Part shown: positions 10,676-22,822 of the stretch, piece after piece | Layout of the letters: each line of letters begins with the position of its first letter | Numbering within the stretch: the stretch's first letter is position 1 | Source: a virus | Lineage: Duplodnaviria; Heunggongvirae; Uroviricota; Caudoviricetes | Length of the DNA: 42,050 bases | Strand: one strand, 5' to 3' | IMG/VR virus record: IMGVR_UViG_2609459854_000002 | Made by a program: the position numbers and the translations under genes | The notes under the pieces: model-generated | Databases searched by the model: none | Told to the model about the DNA's origin: nothing | What the model saw: the letters and a program-made list of their open reading frames with translations, nothing else

Positions 10676-11520
10676 TGCTCCGCAATGATTTTGATGGTTG
10701 TGGCAGTAAACGCCGCCCCATTTGACTGAATGGTTAACGTACTGCCATTTGTGGCAAGAAAGCCGTCTTTATCCACGCTGAAGAACGTAGCTAACAGGAT
10801 GTTGTCGGTTGTTGTCGCCGAGTTGCGACTGCTTACCAGTGTGTCAGGAACAGAACCGGAAAATGTTAGCTGCATTGACCTGTTTGCGGTTCCGCTGGGC
10901 CACGTCCCGACGATCGACAGCTTGAAGAACAAGGTTTTGTTCTCGTTGAACACAACCATCTTGTTGTTAACGGTGTCGAAGAATGGTGCCAACGTGCCGG
11001 ATGACGGCGTGAGCGTTTTCAGCAGGCTAACAAGGTTGGTCGGCGCTGTCGGAATGGTTACAGATACGCCAGAGTAAACAACCTCTGACTTTTTGCGAGT
11101 AGTGGCATACTCCAGAGCATCAATGCGCGTTTCATGGTCTGAAAGCGTGTTTTGAATGGCGACAACTTCATCAGTCAGATAATCAATATCGTTTTCTGCT
11201 GTCGTTAATCGCGAATCAAGGCCGACTATCGCCGCTTCTGCGTTAGTGATCCTTGTTTCGTGGTCCTGTATCTTCGCTTCAGCTGATGCCAGTCGAATTT
11301 CGTGATCGACCAGAATCACATCCTGCTCATCGTTCCTGACTTGTGCGTCATAAGCGCCCTGTCCGGCCTCGTTGGCCTTGTTCGCCACGTTACCAACATC
11401 AGTACCCTGTGCGATAACGTACAGCAGATATGACTGCGAGAAGATATTGCGTGGAAGGACTGATGTGTCGAGCCGCGTAGCCTGGATGATTACCGGCACA
11501 TTGAGATTCGAATCCGCCAT
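10672..11520 (-). CDS. Tail needle protein (P22 gp26-like N-terminus with extended C-terminal knob domain)
   Basis: N-terminus [43 protein letters not shown] matches the P22 gp26 start as recalled; 282 aa versus 233 aa in P22, implying an added C-terminal domain as in Sf6/HK620-type needles. Confidence 0.8.
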   Translation of the reverse strand: MADSNLNVPVIIQATRLDTSVLPRNIFSQSYLLYVIAQGTDVGNVANKANEAGQGAYDAQVRNDEQDVILVDHEIRLASAEAKIQDHETRITNAEAAIVGLDSRLTTAENDIDYLTDEVVAIQNTLSDHETRIDALEYATTRKKSEVVYSGVSVTIPTAPTNLVSLLKTLTPSSGTLAPFFDTVNNKMVVFNENKTLFFKLSIVGTWPSGTANRSMQLTFSGSVPDTLVSSRNSATTTDNILLATFFSVDKDGFLATNGSTLTIQSNGAAFTATTIKIIAEQ

Positions 11521-12938
11521 TACTCAATCCTTATCTGGCAGCCAGACAGAGTGACAGGTGACTTCGTGATAACGCGCAATTTGAAACCAATGTTTTTCCT
11601 GATGCGCCCTACTCGTTTCCACAAAACGCGTTTGTCGTAAACGAACGGTTCATTCTGCTCAATCATCTGCTCACGCCCATAATTTATGCCGTCAGTGGTT
11701 GCAGAGAGGAACAGGCGGTCGGCGTACTGCGCAACTCCAGTTGACGATTCAACTTCAAGGTCGAAAACTCTGGCGTTATCCGCTTTGAACAACGGAGTAA
11801 ACAGCAGGTGTTCCTGTTGCTTGTCGTACTGGCTGCTGATATCGAACTGCAATTTTCCTGTCATCGATTCAAGCTTATCGCCGCACGTTATCTGATTGCC
11901 TTCGTAAATGAAGTCGATAGCGCGGTACACATCGTCATACAGGCCTGTTTTCAGTACACACCATTGCGGACCATTGGCGCTTGAAGATGCGTCGTACACG
12001 AGGACGTGACGCGGAAGATGGATAATCAGCAACTCATGAGCATCAAACCGCAACGATTCCATCACGCCATCAGCCAGTTCATCAGCAGTGTAGGAGCGGA
12101 GGATTTTCTCAATGCTCGCGCTGGCGATTGGTGACACCTGACCGGAGCCGATGATGTACACAGACGGCGCACCCGTTGCCGGGTTGCTGATGAACGCATA
12201 GGAATCAGCAAACGGCGTTTTGCAGTAAGTCCCGGCAATGCCTTTCTGCACCATCAGTGATGGCTGTGCGACATACAAAGCAGCACCAACGGTGGTTGCG
12301 CCAGTCAGGGAGAAATATTCAATAGTCGATGAACCAAAGCAGACGATGAAGTCTCGCCATGTCCCGATACCGATGATGCCGTCCGGCTGAGACTCGGCAC
12401 GATATTGTGCGCTGTAACGGTCAGGATGCGATTCGTCTTCAAGGTCAGTGATAAACCATGAATCAGTGCCGTCTTTTGACCACGCATAACGCCCACGTAA
12501 GCGAGTAATGTCGCGAACAGAACCTAACTCATACTGAGTGAATCCACTGTCTGTAGGCCAGTTTGAGACGGTTTTAACCGTACCATCATAGCGATACTCG
12601 AACAGTTGACCATTAACGCCTACAGCCTGAGATGTTCGACCATGCGCCATTGATACGCGCCCACTTCCGGCAACATCACCGACTTCACTTTCGCCTTTGT
12701 ACAGCTTGCCACCACACACACGATAAACAGCATTTTGCGCCATGTTGTACTCGACTCCGCGAGATACACCGTTCACATCAGAACGTTTGGCAATGCCCGG
12801 GAATGAGCGAAGATATCCGCTGCTGTTCAGGATTTCTTTGGGTGTAGCCAGCATATTCACTGGCAGATAGTCGATATAGTCGGCATTTCTGAAGTCTTTG
12901 CCGACACCTTTCATGAGCGGAAGTTGCTGAATCGGCAT
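11520..12938 (-). CDS. Tail hub protein, P22 gp10-like
   Basis: 472-aa ORF, same length as P22 gp10, in conserved position. Confidence 0.75.
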   Translation of the reverse strand: MPIQQLPLMKGVGKDFRNADYIDYLPVNMLATPKEILNSSGYLRSFPGIAKRSDVNGVSRGVEYNMAQNAVYRVCGGKLYKGESEVGDVAGSGRVSMAHGRTSQAVGVNGQLFEYRYDGTVKTVSNWPTDSGFTQYELGSVRDITRLRGRYAWSKDGTDSWFITDLEDESHPDRYSAQYRAESQPDGIIGIGTWRDFIVCFGSSTIEYFSLTGATTVGAALYVAQPSLMVQKGIAGTYCKTPFADSYAFISNPATGAPSVYIIGSGQVSPIASASIEKILRSYTADELADGVMESLRFDAHELLIIHLPRHVLVYDASSSANGPQWCVLKTGLYDDVYRAIDFIYEGNQITCGDKLESMTGKLQFDISSQYDKQQEHLLFTPLFKADNARVFDLEVESSTGVAQYADRLFLSATTDGINYGREQMIEQNEPFVYDKRVLWKRVGRIRKNIGFKLRVITKSPVTLSGCQIRIE

Positions 12939-13439
12939 TTATTCGCTCCCGTTATCGCAAGGTTCCTTCCGGTGGAAGTAATTCCAACCGTTCCACTTCG
13001 CCAACTGATTACCGCTACCAACAGGCATACGGTTTGGATAACCGGACTTACATTTAGCGGCTTTTGCTCTGTCCATTGCAGACAGTTTGACGAGTCGCTC
13101 TTTCCCGTATCTGGCAGTGGTTATAAGTTTTGCTGACGCTTCCAGCGCATAATCCGGAGCAATGCGGCAGGCAAGGTTGAAAATGACGGCATTGATAGCG
13201 TTATTTGATAAACCGTGCTCATCGCCAGGATCCGGAGCGACATCTGCATCAGCGAAAATGTAGCCAACGTTGATACCAGGTGACGCATCACCTCCAAGCC
13301 ATTCAGCCATCATCATTTCAAGGTCGTTGACGCCGTCTTCCATAGACTGCGGTTCGACATCGGTTAACGTGGCATTTGATGCCACACCGAGCTTACGTAA
13401 TGCCGCAAGGACTAAATCACCCTTCGTTGTCAGGTTCAT
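12939..13439 (-). CDS. Tail adaptor protein, P22 gp4-like
   Basis: Internal start [33 protein letters not shown] matches the P22 gp4 N-terminus as recalled; track ORF extends upstream to 13514. Confidence 0.8.
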   Translation of the reverse strand: MNLTTKGDLVLAALRKLGVASNATLTDVEPQSMEDGVNDLEMMMAEWLGGDASPGINVGYIFADADVAPDPGDEHGLSNNAINAVIFNLACRIAPDYALEASAKLITTARYGKERLVKLSAMDRAKAAKCKSGYPNRMPVGSGNQLAKWNGWNYFHRKEPCDNGSE

Positions 13440-13653
13440 CTGCTGCCGCCTTAGGTTTTCGACCAGGCTTTTTACGCTGTTTTTCTTCTGGCTCTGGCTC
13501 TGGCTCTGCAACATCCTTCAAAAGGTCATCAGGATGTGAAAACCAGCCAGCATCCAGATATTCCTGAAGCTCTTCGGCTTTCACGATTTCAAAGTCGTAG
13601 CCAACGCCTTTCCATTTCTTCATGTCGCCATGACGAAAGATCATGTGTGTCAT
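13417..13653 (-). CDS. Small hypothetical protein with (Glu-Pro) repeat and basic tail
   Basis: ORF between coat and gp4-like genes; probable start [10 protein letters not shown] at 13653; contains [20 protein letters not shown] encoded by a GGCTCT repeat. Confidence 0.4.
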   Translation of the reverse strand: MTHMIFRHGDMKKWKGVGYDFEIVKAEELQEYLDAGWFSHPDDLLKDVAEPEPEPEEKQRKKPGRKPKAAADEPDNEG

Positions 13654-13697
13654 GCTTGTCTCCAGATAAAAACGGGAGCCGAAGCTCCCTCTGGTTA

Positions 13698-14993
13698 TCA
13701 CGCGGTCTGGTTAGGCAGACCAACACCAATTGCCTCTGGCCGTACAGCACATGCTGAATACCACACAGCAATACGGCACTTGCCAGACAGAGTGTTGATA
13801 TCACCCTGCGTTGCGAAGATGCCGTTAACACCAATGCCAGGAATGCTGAAGGAAGAAGTTTTCATGCCAGCAAACAGTTCATGGGTTACCGGGATCGGCT
13901 GAGACAGCAGGCGGATTGAGTCATCAGCCCAGAACACGTTAGCGGTGGTTGTTGCCACGTTCAGAACGTTTACCGGAGTGGTATCAGCAAGAGAGGTGTT
14001 TACGTTAGCGTAAGCCTTCTCTTCTTTTGTCAGTGACGCGTCATCCAGTGCAATCGGCTTCGGCGTGATTTCGATGTGAGTACTATCGATCACACGGGTG
14101 ATTGAGAAAGTCGCATCATCAGTTAGCACGTTCTTCGCCATCTGAGACAGGAATTTCACACCAGTGAAGCTGATTTTGTCTCCGCGCTTAAATCCGGTGG
14201 TGGAGGATACGGTCACCGTTGCAACACGGTTATCGACGTTCTCTTTGTTACCATCGGTATCAAGGGTGTATGCCTGCGGCTTAAACTTCTGCGCACCAGA
14301 AACAGTTACACCAGTAGCGGTTGACTTGGTAACTGCCGGAAGTTTCGGTGAGCGAAGAATTTCATCAAAGCCAGCAATCTGACGCTGAATAGTACCGTTG
14401 CGATACGCGTCTTCAGGAACGCGCCCAAAGATGTCACCATCTACCAGGTTGCGGCCTGCTTTGCGGTAATCGTCAGGGTTCAGGAAGTAACTGATGCCCA
14501 TATCGCGGTTTAGCTCACGGGAGAACATCAGGCGCTCTGCATCAGACACAAAATCCCAGCCAGACAGGCCAGTAGATGGACCAATTGCGCGGGTATCGTG
14601 AACAACAAGTGAGCCCATTTCGGTTGCCTGTTTGGCAATTGCTGACTCAATGTTATTCGCCAGTTTTTTGGCGGATGCCTGGATGCGGCGACGGTAAGAA
14701 CGCTCATCACGCAGGTCATCTGCACGAAGCTCGAAGAAATCGTTATCCGGATCGCCCATGTTGCATTTCACGGAGAGTTCCAGAATCCCTGTTGCGTTGC
14801 CAGTTAAATCCCAGCCAGTCTGGGTTGGCGATTCCTGCTCAACAGGCATCCACACGGTGTTGCTTGAACGCTGCATGGATTCTGCCGGAGGGGTGTATTT
14901 TGTCACTTTGGACGCCATTGGCGTCAGGTTCTGGACGGTTTCGATGATTTCATCGATAGCGTAAGTAACTAACTGCCCTTCTTTGAGAGTCAT
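13698..14993 (-). CDS. Major capsid (coat) protein, P22 gp5-like
   Basis: 431-aa ORF; long near-identical stretches to the P22 coat protein as recalled (e.g. [34 protein letters not shown]). Confidence 0.9.
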   Translation of the reverse strand: MTLKEGQLVTYAIDEIIETVQNLTPMASKVTKYTPPAESMQRSSNTVWMPVEQESPTQTGWDLTGNATGILELSVKCNMGDPDNDFFELRADDLRDERSYRRRIQASAKKLANNIESAIAKQATEMGSLVVHDTRAIGPSTGLSGWDFVSDAERLMFSRELNRDMGISYFLNPDDYRKAGRNLVDGDIFGRVPEDAYRNGTIQRQIAGFDEILRSPKLPAVTKSTATGVTVSGAQKFKPQAYTLDTDGNKENVDNRVATVTVSSTTGFKRGDKISFTGVKFLSQMAKNVLTDDATFSITRVIDSTHIEITPKPIALDDASLTKEEKAYANVNTSLADTTPVNVLNVATTTANVFWADDSIRLLSQPIPVTHELFAGMKTSSFSIPGIGVNGIFATQGDINTLSGKCRIAVWYSACAVRPEAIGVGLPNQTA

Positions 14994-15060
14994 ATATTGA
15001 ATACCTTACTTTCTTTATGTGCTATACTATTGTTATATCAACATATAGCGCATTAGGGTT

Positions 15061-15582
15061 ATGAGCATGGAACTGAATGAATACTTCGAATACCGCGATG
15101 GTTCTTTGGTTTGGAAAGCCAGAAGCTCTGAATTTTTCAACAACAAAAAGAATCGCAACTATCACAACGTTTGGAATGCAAAACACGCTGGGAAAGTTGC
15201 TGGTCTTTTAGAAAGCAATGGATATATCCGCATAAGAATTAACGGCATTAAGTGGCTAGCACACCGCATCGTATGGGTAATGTTTAACGGAGATATTCCA
15301 GAAGGCATGGAAATTGACCATATAAATGGGATTCGCCACGACAACAGAATTGAAAATCTTCGTCTTGTGAAAAAATCAGCAAACCAAAGGAATAGAATCA
15401 AACTATCTAAAAATAACTCCAGCGGAATATCTGGAGTTTACTTTTGCAACACGCGGAAAAGATGGATCGCTCATAAGCGACTGCTTAATGCAAGAGTGCA
15501 AAAAGTATGTTCTTCATTCGAAGAGGCGAAAGAAGTAATCAGAAAGTTTGACGAGGAAAACAACATCACGATATCGAAATAA
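15061..15582 (+). CDS. HNH homing-endonuclease-like protein with AP2-type domain
   Basis: 173-aa AT-rich ORF antisense to the late operon, between coat and scaffold genes; HNH motif region EIDHINGIRHDNRIENLRLV...NQRN and downstream SGISGVYF...RWIA (AP2-like). Confidence 0.75.
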   Translation: MSMELNEYFEYRDGSLVWKARSSEFFNNKKNRNYHNVWNAKHAGKVAGLLESNGYIRIRINGIKWLAHRIVWVMFNGDIPEGMEIDHINGIRHDNRIENLRLVKKSANQRNRIKLSKNNSSGISGVYFCNTRKRWIAHKRLLNARVQKVCSSFEEAKEVIRKFDEENNITISK

Positions 15583-16494
15583 TTATCGAATTCCTTTATT
15601 CAGTTGCGCCTTAAGCTTGCGGTACGTCTCTACATCCCCTTTGTTTGCTGCCGCTTCCATCTGCTTTTCAATCGCAGAGATATTTGCAGCAACAGCGTGT
15701 CCCTGAATGGGTTCATCAGGTAACGGGGCTTCTGAAACAGGCTTGGCTCGAGGCTTGAGAGTTAAACGTTCTGACAGTCGAGTTAGTTCAATCAGCGCGG
15801 ATTGCCCGTCCATCGCCAGTAACTGGCGTGTCTTCTCAGGATTAGCACCAAGGTGATACATGAGAGCAGCGGATTTCTCCGGGAAGAGGCGCATGATGTT
15901 GGCACCGACTGCTGGCGGCACCAGTTGCATGAATGCATCCTCTTTCTCCTGATAGTCATGGATATTGAGCTTTTCCGCTGCGTCGTAGTGCTTACGGGCT
16001 GCCTCGACGTATTGCGCTGATTGCTGGGTGAACTCCTGAGTTTTGCGACCCTGCTCGGCGACAGCCTGGCTTCGTGCGTCCATAGCCTTGATCTGCCATT
16101 CACTGTTTGCCTGCTGGAAGGCAGCCAGTGCGCGACTCTGGTCATAGTCGTACTTAGCCAGTGCATCTTCGGAAAGATAATCGTTAGGGTCTGGTTGTTT
16201 TGGTAACTCAGGGTTCACCCGCAGGTGCTCCGGCAACTCTCCACGCTTAACCGCTTCCATCTGCTGCTCAAGCTCACGCTGGCGTTTGCGTTCAATGCGG
16301 CGACGGGCAAATTCAGCATTAGTTGCCGGGTCTTGTTTTGGTTTCTCATCGTCTTTCAGGACAATCTCGAAGCCTTCTTCCTGACCTGCGTTGTCGTTGG
16401 CATTATCGACAACTAAGCCATCAGCAGATGCCGCTGCATGATTGCCGGGCAGGGTTAATTCTTCAGAAGCCTGAATGTCGGTGGTTTGGTTCAT
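15583..16494 (-). CDS. Scaffolding protein, P22 gp8-like
   Basis: 303-aa ORF, same length as P22 gp8; C-terminus ...[17 protein letters not shown] matches the coat-binding helix-turn-helix end of gp8 as recalled. Confidence 0.85.
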   Translation of the reverse strand: MNQTTDIQASEELTLPGNHAAASADGLVVDNANDNAGQEEGFEIVLKDDEKPKQDPATNAEFARRRIERKRQRELEQQMEAVKRGELPEHLRVNPELPKQPDPNDYLSEDALAKYDYDQSRALAAFQQANSEWQIKAMDARSQAVAEQGRKTQEFTQQSAQYVEAARKHYDAAEKLNIHDYQEKEDAFMQLVPPAVGANIMRLFPEKSAALMYHLGANPEKTRQLLAMDGQSALIELTRLSERLTLKPRAKPVSEAPLPDEPIQGHAVAANISAIEKQMEAAANKGDVETYRKLKAQLNKGIR

Positions 16495-16507
16495 GATTAA
16501 CTCTCTC

Positions 16508-18676
16508 TTATTGAGGTGTCTCGGCTACTCCGCCGGAGGGGATTTGAACTTGACGCATAAGATTCGCGAAATCCATGCGTTGTGAATGAGTCTGGTCTGC
16601 ATCTTTAAGAAGCAGCTCAGCGTTAGCACGAGCATCTTTGCTGCGCTGTTGCTGGAATTGACCTACGAGCTTGAGGTACTCACGCAGTTCTGCCTGCTTG
16701 TCGAGGTCCATATTGTTGAAGATTTCTGCAATCTTCGCGGCGTTGAGTTGGTTTTGGGCTTCAACCTTGGCAGCTTCAACCTGAATCTGCGCCTGTTGGT
16801 TCTCTGCCTTGAGCAATTCAGCCTGACCTTGCAGAAGGATACCCTGCGCCTGAATTTGCTCTGCTGATGGCTGCTGCGGCTGCTGTTGCGCCTGTTGTAC
16901 CATCTCCATCTCTTCAGGTGTTTCTGGTTTCTTCAGCCCCATCATCACCAGTTGCTTGTTCGCGTACTCTCGCATCATCTCGACGCCTTTACCGTCAAGC
17001 AGCGTGAAGTATTGCAGCATCAGCATCTGGAACTCTGGAGTACCTTGCGGAACCTTTGTTAGCAACTCCTGAATCTCTGCGCGATTCTGTTCCTTCATGC
17101 TCTGGAAGGATGGTCCAACGTCTGTATAGCACTCATAGCGACCGCGAATGTCGTTGAGTGTGACCACATTGCCGGACTGGTAATCGACAACTTGCGCATA
17201 GAGTTGAACGTCTTTCTCGCTTCCATCTTCAAGTGTCAGCGTTACATGACGAGGAACGTCATAAATATCATTGACCATTGAGGCATAAATCTCGCCATCA
17301 CGTCGCATTGCGGTAGCCAGGTTATCCTGAAACACGTATGTCTCAAGGTCTGCCCGCATGTTCAGTTGATTGACGGTATCGAAAGCGACCTGAGAGTTTG
17401 CTGCCTGCGCATCCACACCAAGACTAGCCACCTCTTTCACTGCGTTGGTGGCAGCCTCAAGCATGTAAGCGTTGGCTTGCGGCACTTCAGGGTTTTCCAT
17501 GTAGGAGATTGGACCAATCGGCAGGTCGTTACCGTTTTCATCGGTCCTGTTCTGCAGATAGTACGGATAGTCATCATTTCCACCGTACATGTATTCGTAG
17601 CCTTCGATTTGCTCAGGGAAGAAGGTCGGTTTCTTCTTCGGTGAACGAGCAACAATATCGGCGTTGAACGACATGATCATGTTACGAAGGCGTTGACCGT
17701 CTTTCGTCAGCCTTACCACTCCTTCGTAGCACTCCTTGTCACCAGCGAATGACCATTCGCCATACACTGGAACGATTGGAATATGCTCTCCGGCTATCTT
17801 CTCGCGGTCTTTCAGTATCTGCGTGCAGGTGATAATCGACTTATACACACGCCGACGCTTCACCTTACGCTCTGCTACCTTAATGAATCCACGATTAGCC
17901 AGGTCGTCGATGACGTCTTTGATATCCTGCTGGTAATAGCTGACTGGCTCACCTGTCAGTGGGTCGCGGTAGATGAAGACTTTCTCTTTCTTCTCTTCGA
18001 CCTCGTAATACTCAGCGACGTAGACGACATCATTCGATACCCACGGAAACAGCCATGTATCGTTCGGATTCTGGAAAGATGGCAAGGTGTCCGGATCAAT
18101 ACCGTAATCCTCTGCGAACTCTTTCCAGCCATTGCGCGACAAGGCGTTAATCACCGTGCAGTGCTTAGCGTCGCTCTTATCCATCTGCTTGCTGTTGGCG
18201 TCCCATATGACGTGTGAGCAGGCTTCATGAATTGGCAGGCGTCGAATTACCTGATTGTTGCTTGTTGGATCGTTGTCTTCGTACTGCGTGACCAGACGCC
18301 ATGCACCAACGCCGGACTCTATCTGCTCACGAACGCCAACGTTAACGGCAATTTTTGCCGTGTTATGGCGCATATCAGTACGATACATCCCCATCAGCAC
18401 ATCGGCAGCATCAGGATTAGCGCCGTCTTTGGGTCGGAAGAGAACGTCGATAGGGTTCCGGCGCATCTCTGCGACCAGTTTCCTGACCACCGGGCGAACA
18501 ACATCGAATTGTCCACGATATTGCAGGGTGGTGTAGTTTGATAGCCAGTCATCCCATTGGCTTATGCGACTGAAGTATAAATCGTTAGAAGCTTCTGTTC
18601 TCGCCTCGTCGGAAGACATCCAATCAACATCGAATGCTTGCAGTATCTTATTTAATCGCTCTGCGTTGTCAGTCAT
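16508..18676 (-). CDS. Portal protein, P22 gp1-like
   Basis: 722-aa ORF (P22 gp1 about 725 aa) upstream of scaffold; Gln-rich C-terminal region typical of the P22 portal barrel. Confidence 0.85.
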   Translation of the reverse strand: MTDNAERLNKILQAFDVDWMSSDEARTEASNDLYFSRISQWDDWLSNYTTLQYRGQFDVVRPVVRKLVAEMRRNPIDVLFRPKDGANPDAADVLMGMYRTDMRHNTAKIAVNVGVREQIESGVGAWRLVTQYEDNDPTSNNQVIRRLPIHEACSHVIWDANSKQMDKSDAKHCTVINALSRNGWKEFAEDYGIDPDTLPSFQNPNDTWLFPWVSNDVVYVAEYYEVEEKKEKVFIYRDPLTGEPVSYYQQDIKDVIDDLANRGFIKVAERKVKRRRVYKSIITCTQILKDREKIAGEHIPIVPVYGEWSFAGDKECYEGVVRLTKDGQRLRNMIMSFNADIVARSPKKKPTFFPEQIEGYEYMYGGNDDYPYYLQNRTDENGNDLPIGPISYMENPEVPQANAYMLEAATNAVKEVASLGVDAQAANSQVAFDTVNQLNMRADLETYVFQDNLATAMRRDGEIYASMVNDIYDVPRHVTLTLEDGSEKDVQLYAQVVDYQSGNVVTLNDIRGRYECYTDVGPSFQSMKEQNRAEIQELLTKVPQGTPEFQMLMLQYFTLLDGKGVEMMREYANKQLVMMGLKKPETPEEMEMVQQAQQQPQQPSAEQIQAQGILLQGQAELLKAENQQAQIQVEAAKVEAQNQLNAAKIAEIFNNMDLDKQAELREYLKLVGQFQQQRSKDARANAELLLKDADQTHSQRMDFANLMRQVQIPSGGVAETPQ

Positions 18677-18726
18677 AACTTTACCGTGATAAAATCAATG
18701 GGACAACTTCAACAGGAGATTCTATT

Positions 18727-19227
18727 GTGAGCCATCCATCTATAGAAGATATAAGGAAAAATTTCACATACGATGCTGAAACCGGAATTTTGTACGCGGC
18801 TAATCGCACAAGGAGGACAGACCTTAACGGCAAGCCCGTTGGGTGCCAGCATGGAAACGGATACCTTGATGTAAGGCTTGGTAAAAAACTGTACTACGTG
18901 CACAGAATTTGTTTTGCGCACTACTATGGTTACTGGCCCGAAGCAGTAGATCACATAAACGGAAACCGTGCTGATAACCGCATCTGTAATCTTAGAGATG
19001 CCAATAAGCAGTTGAACGGACTAAACCGTGGCATGGATTGCGACAATTCAACTGGATACAAAGGAGTTTCCTATCGCAAGGACACAAATAACTACATGTG
19101 GCAATTTGTGGTAGAAGGCAAGAAATACACAAAAAGCGGATTCGCTACAGCATTAGATGCATACAAGCATAAGGTAGCATTTATTAACGCTCTGAATTCC
19201 GCTGCCTCTGAATTTCTCAAGCCGTAA
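18727..19227 (+). CDS. HNH homing-endonuclease-like protein with AP2-type domain (paralogue of 15061..15582)
   Basis: 166-aa ORF starting at GTG with AGGAG 8 nt upstream; antisense between portal and terminase large subunit; motifs VDHINGNRADNRICNLR and TGYKGVSY shared with the other HNH gene. Confidence 0.75.
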   Translation: MSHPSIEDIRKNFTYDAETGILYAANRTRRTDLNGKPVGCQHGNGYLDVRLGKKLYYVHRICFAHYYGYWPEAVDHINGNRADNRICNLRDANKQLNGLNRGMDCDNSTGYKGVSYRKDTNNYMWQFVVEGKKYTKSGFATALDAYKHKVAFINALNSAASEFLKP

Positions 19228-19236
19228 CAACAGTAT

Positions 19237-20739
19237 CTATCTTGTTGACCGTGCGATGGGCCTGATTGGGGCTGGTATCTTTTTCTCTTTTGGTTTTTTG
19301 ATGTCGCGCATCATTTTTGCGAAGCGGCGCATCATGTATGCATAGCGAACGGCGGAGAGAACGTCATCGTTAAGCTTGACGATTTTCCCGTTTTCATCAC
19401 GGTGATAGAGGCGGAACTCCTCAAAGAATGGCTCACAGGTGTTGAATACTTTGAAGCGGCCATCAAGCATCATGTCGCGCAATTCAGTGATTCCAGGCTC
19501 CACAGCATTACCGCCATCAGGCCATGTCGCATGCTCCTGCAACATCATAAAACCAGCGTCTGCATACTGCCCTTTGAGCTGCTCACCTCCGCCCTTCTCA
19601 TGCTGGTTTCCGTCATGAGGCCATGCGGTTGGCACTTTATGCGCCCATGATTTAACAGCTCCCCATGCCTGAACAGCTGTTTTTTCTTTCGCCTTCCACA
19701 CGCGTGAAACGTAGATTGTGTCTGCGTCCTTATCCCACCAAAGCTGAACCTGCGCCTGTGGGTGATCCCATCCGAAATCCATCCCGCCAATTACGTAGAA
19801 GTGATCAGGACACTCGAACGGCTGACACTTAATCGTCTCTTCCGGTATCTGGAAGATTCGACCACTACCCATCGTAGGAATACCGCGAGCACGCGCTTCT
19901 CTCTCATGCTCAGGATAGGATGCGATGATTTGCTCTTTCTGCTCGTCGGTGTAGTGCTCAGCGTCATAGATGGTCATGTTGACCACTTTCTGCGACTTGC
20001 TGGGATTCTTCAGGAACTTGGTAACAACGTCAGACATCCCCATCAGCGGGGTAAACGTCAGAATTGAGAATTGACCGTATTTGTTGGTACGGGTAAGACC
20101 TTCGCCATAAATGCTGTATGGTGGTTCTTCGTCAAACCACACGCCGTGGATTGTGTCACCCTGCCAGCGAGCACGGCCTTGCGAGTATGGTTTGAAGTAG
20201 CAGATTGAAATGCCATCTTCAACGCCATCAGCCGTGTGATGCTTAACCAGAAGATGATCAACAAGGTTCGGAAAGAAAGGAGACTTCTTCCAGCTAATGA
20301 TGTCCTCTTTCGGTATGGAACCGTAGCCTGGCTCATCATTCTCTTCGATACGACCGCACAGGATGCGTTGAGTCGTTTTGGTTACCGTCTCGTTTGTCTC
20401 GCCGCCAATCCAGAAGACAACAGGCTCATAGAAACGCTTACCTTTCCACTCCCCGCCATATTTACCATCAGCAGGATAGCCTTTTGTGCCCGGATAACGC
20501 CCGGTAAGGTGAAACGCGACTTCAGCAGCACCAGTAAATGACTTACCAAGCTGGTTACCAGCCATAAAACAGCGCTCTGGATAGTCATGCCCGGCGTCGA
20601 TGAACTCACGCTGTTTGCTGTATGGCGTAAATTCATATAGCAGGTGTGTGTTCCGGTAGTTCTCTTCTTCTTCGAGTAGCTCGAGCAATTCGATTTGCTC
20701 TTCGTCGCTCAGGTTATCAAGAATCGCGTCCAGTTCCAC
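19237..20739 (-). CDS. Terminase large subunit, P22 gp2-like
   Basis: 500-aa ORF immediately downstream of, and overlapping, the small subunit gene; size matches P22 gp2. Confidence 0.85.
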   Translation of the reverse strand: MELDAILDNLSDEEQIELLELLEEEENYRNTHLLYEFTPYSKQREFIDAGHDYPERCFMAGNQLGKSFTGAAEVAFHLTGRYPGTKGYPADGKYGGEWKGKRFYEPVVFWIGGETNETVTKTTQRILCGRIEENDEPGYGSIPKEDIISWKKSPFFPNLVDHLLVKHHTADGVEDGISICYFKPYSQGRARWQGDTIHGVWFDEEPPYSIYGEGLTRTNKYGQFSILTFTPLMGMSDVVTKFLKNPSKSQKVVNMTIYDAEHYTDEQKEQIIASYPEHEREARARGIPTMGSGRIFQIPEETIKCQPFECPDHFYVIGGMDFGWDHPQAQVQLWWDKDADTIYVSRVWKAKEKTAVQAWGAVKSWAHKVPTAWPHDGNQHEKGGGEQLKGQYADAGFMMLQEHATWPDGGNAVEPGITELRDMMLDGRFKVFNTCEPFFEEFRLYHRDENGKIVKLNDDVLSAVRYAYMMRRFAKMMRDIKKPKEKKIPAPIRPIARSTR

Positions 20740-21205
20740 GGTTGAATAGCTCCTTGATACGAGAGCGTCGCTTATCGCGATCTCCCTTATCAGGTGTCAC
20801 GTCTTCAACTTGCGACTGCTCTTTGAGGCCCAAATCACGGGCGATGATGTTAGCGTTGAGAAGGTCAGCGGCTGCGCCAGAGAATTTCTGGTCGTAGATG
20901 ATGTCTTCCGCTCGTGATGTGACGTCAGAAAAACCTTCCATTGACCGGAAGGTTCCCCATGTTTGCCTGGTGATATCAAGGAAGGTACACAATCCTGAAA
21001 TAGTCATGGCTCGCATCTTAGGGACATTAGCCTTAATTATTTCTCCCTGATATGAAAATACCTTACCCTCCCATAGCGGGTTATCATCAGCCCACTCGAA
21101 GTATTCACAACAAGCAGCCCACAGCGCCTCAGGCGATTCGAATTTAGGGTTTCGCCCATGACTACTGCGGGCCTCCCAAAATCGGTTGCCCTTTGGTGCT
21201 GCCAT
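20717..21205 (-). CDS. Terminase small subunit, P22 gp3-like
   Basis: Sequence [38 protein letters not shown]... and C-terminus ...[24 protein letters not shown] match P22 gp3 as recalled. Confidence 0.85.
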   Translation of the reverse strand: MAAPKGNRFWEARSSHGRNPKFESPEALWAACCEYFEWADDNPLWEGKVFSYQGEIIKANVPKMRAMTISGLCTFLDITRQTWGTFRSMEGFSDVTSRAEDIIYDQKFSGAAADLLNANIIARDLGLKEQSQVEDVTPDKGDRDKRRSRIKELFNRGTGRDS

Positions 21206-21240
21206 ATTCATCTCACTTAATTGTTATTTCAGGTTGAGCA

Positions 21241-21483
21241 TCATGCTCCGGTAGTGAACAGGTCTAACGCTTCCTTAGATTTACGCACCGCTTCGAATGT
21301 GCGGATCGTGATATCCGAATTAGCGCCGCCTGACTGGAAGTGAATTTTGAATAGCTCAAGCTTCAGTTCGTCAGTGCCAATGAACTGAAATGCTTCTTCT
21401 GCGGCTGCGTTCTGGTTCATGACCAGTTTGTAAATCTCTAACTGGAATTTCTGTTCTTCAGTCATGGGAATAATCTCTGCCAT
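21241..21483 (-). CDS. Hypothetical small protein upstream of terminase
   Basis: 80-codon ORF, co-oriented with late genes; no family recognised. Confidence 0.45.
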   Translation of the reverse strand: MAEIIPMTEEQKFQLEIYKLVMNQNAAAEEAFQFIGTDELKLELFKIHFQSGGANSDITIRTFEAVRKSKEALDLFTTGA

Positions 21484-21629
21484 TGTTGGCTCCGTTTATC
21501 CGTTAAAAGGGATATCAGTTAAGTTATCCCGTGTAGGGTATAAGCCATTATCAAAGCCACTCTGTAGGGAATGGCTTTTGTGATGGCAATAAAAAAGGCC
21601 GACTTAGCGACCAATTTAATAATTAATTA

Positions 21630-21872
21630 TCAATAATGTGGGAATTGGTTACTATTTTGCAAGATAACCCAAGATGGGCGAAACAAGTCAAAAACATTGA
21701 TGCTTAACAGGGCTTCATTTATTGATTTTTTTTCATCCGCAGAAACTCCGCGTCCTGCATTTGACATTACAAGCTGACCATTAACTATTTCACTACATTG
21801 TTTTACATAACTACCTGGCGGCATTGATTGAAAGTTACATGTACCATTTATTATTTTATCAATTTCACTCAT
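21630..21872 (-). CDS. Hypothetical protein (AT-rich moron)
   Basis: 80-codon ORF in a visibly AT-rich block; GAGG 6 nt upstream of ATG; no family recognised. Confidence 0.4.
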   Translation of the reverse strand: MSEIDKIINGTCNFQSMPPGSYVKQCSEIVNGQLVMSNAGRGVSADEKKSINEALLSINVFDLFRPSWVILQNSNQFPHY

Positions 21873-22120
21873 ATCAACCTCGTCTAGTTGTTCGTCATAG
21901 ATTCAGTGGCTGGCGGTGACGATTCCGCTTTTCGGGAGCTACCCTAGCCACTGTTTTATTCTATCCGATGTCTTTCCATCAGTCCGCCACCACAAAGAAT
22001 CTTTTTTGCCATAAGGCAGGAGGTTCATCTTTCAGTGGCTGCCAGTGTTATTTCCCCACTTACTGGCTTGGGTTGTTTCGCGGTACTGCCGTAATGCAAG
22101 AACTGGATTAACCTGCGAAA

Positions 22121-22651
22121 TCACACCATTCCGGGCAAATACATTTGCACTTCATTTGCCGCTCTCTCACGTGCAACATGAAGCAATCTTTTTCGCCCAC
22201 CAACGCCCCACTTAGCCATTTGGCTTGCGCACTGGCTTATCGCTTTGGTTTCAGTATTGATGATGTGATCGATTCTATTCAGACGGGACATTGCGCCAAC
22301 GCCGAGACGGACAACCGTTTTGAAAACTTCATAAACTTCGATTTCAAATTCCGGCTTAATCCATGCTGCATATCTGATTGCCAGAAGTTCAACACCCCAC
22401 ACACCTGGTTCTGCACCACCTTTGATTATTTTAAGTGGTTGAATTTGTTCCAAAGTGCTTTTTTGCACTTTGGCCTCCAGTGCTTTTATGAAGCGTTTTA
22501 TCTGCGCGCTACGCAAAAACTGGCTTGGGCGCTGTTGCTCTGTAGCCTCTCCATTTGCAACTGCTGCTGCATGGAGATCGTTTAAGTTGTAGCGTCCATC
22601 CTCATCAACACGAACGGACACACCATTGACAATAACTGTTGGGTACTTCAT
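22121..22651 (-). CDS. KilA-N domain protein
   Basis: N-terminus MKYPTVIVNGVSVRVDEDGRYNLNDLHAAA resembles KilA-N DNA-binding domains; 176 aa. Confidence 0.55.
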   Translation of the reverse strand: MKYPTVIVNGVSVRVDEDGRYNLNDLHAAAVANGEATEQQRPSQFLRSAQIKRFIKALEAKVQKSTLEQIQPLKIIKGGAEPGVWGVELLAIRYAAWIKPEFEIEVYEVFKTVVRLGVGAMSRLNRIDHIINTETKAISQCASQMAKWGVGGRKRLLHVARERAANEVQMYLPGMV

Positions 22652-22796
22652 CAGTGATTACCTTTTAGTGATGAACCTTGTCACACAGGATTCCGGCCCA
22701 CAGAAAGGCACCGATCACCAAACCGGCATCCTCAAGGGTCATCCTGAAAGGTTCTGTGTTCAGAAGTCGCGCGTGTGAAGCGCGTTTGTTGCAGAT

Positions 22797-22822
22797 ATAA
22801 AAAAGCCCCGCGAATGCGAGGC
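22797..22822 (-). terminator. Rho-independent terminator downstream of the lysis cassette
   Basis: Minus-strand hairpin GCCTCGC attc GCGGGGC (7-bp stem, one G-U pair) followed by UUUUUU. Confidence 0.55.

Noticed and set aside
13486-13510. Short GGCTCT tandem repeat
   Set aside because: It is coding, producing a Glu-Pro repeat in the small ORF 13417..13653 (and overlapping the upstream end of the gp4 reading frame); not a CRISPR or regulatory repeat.
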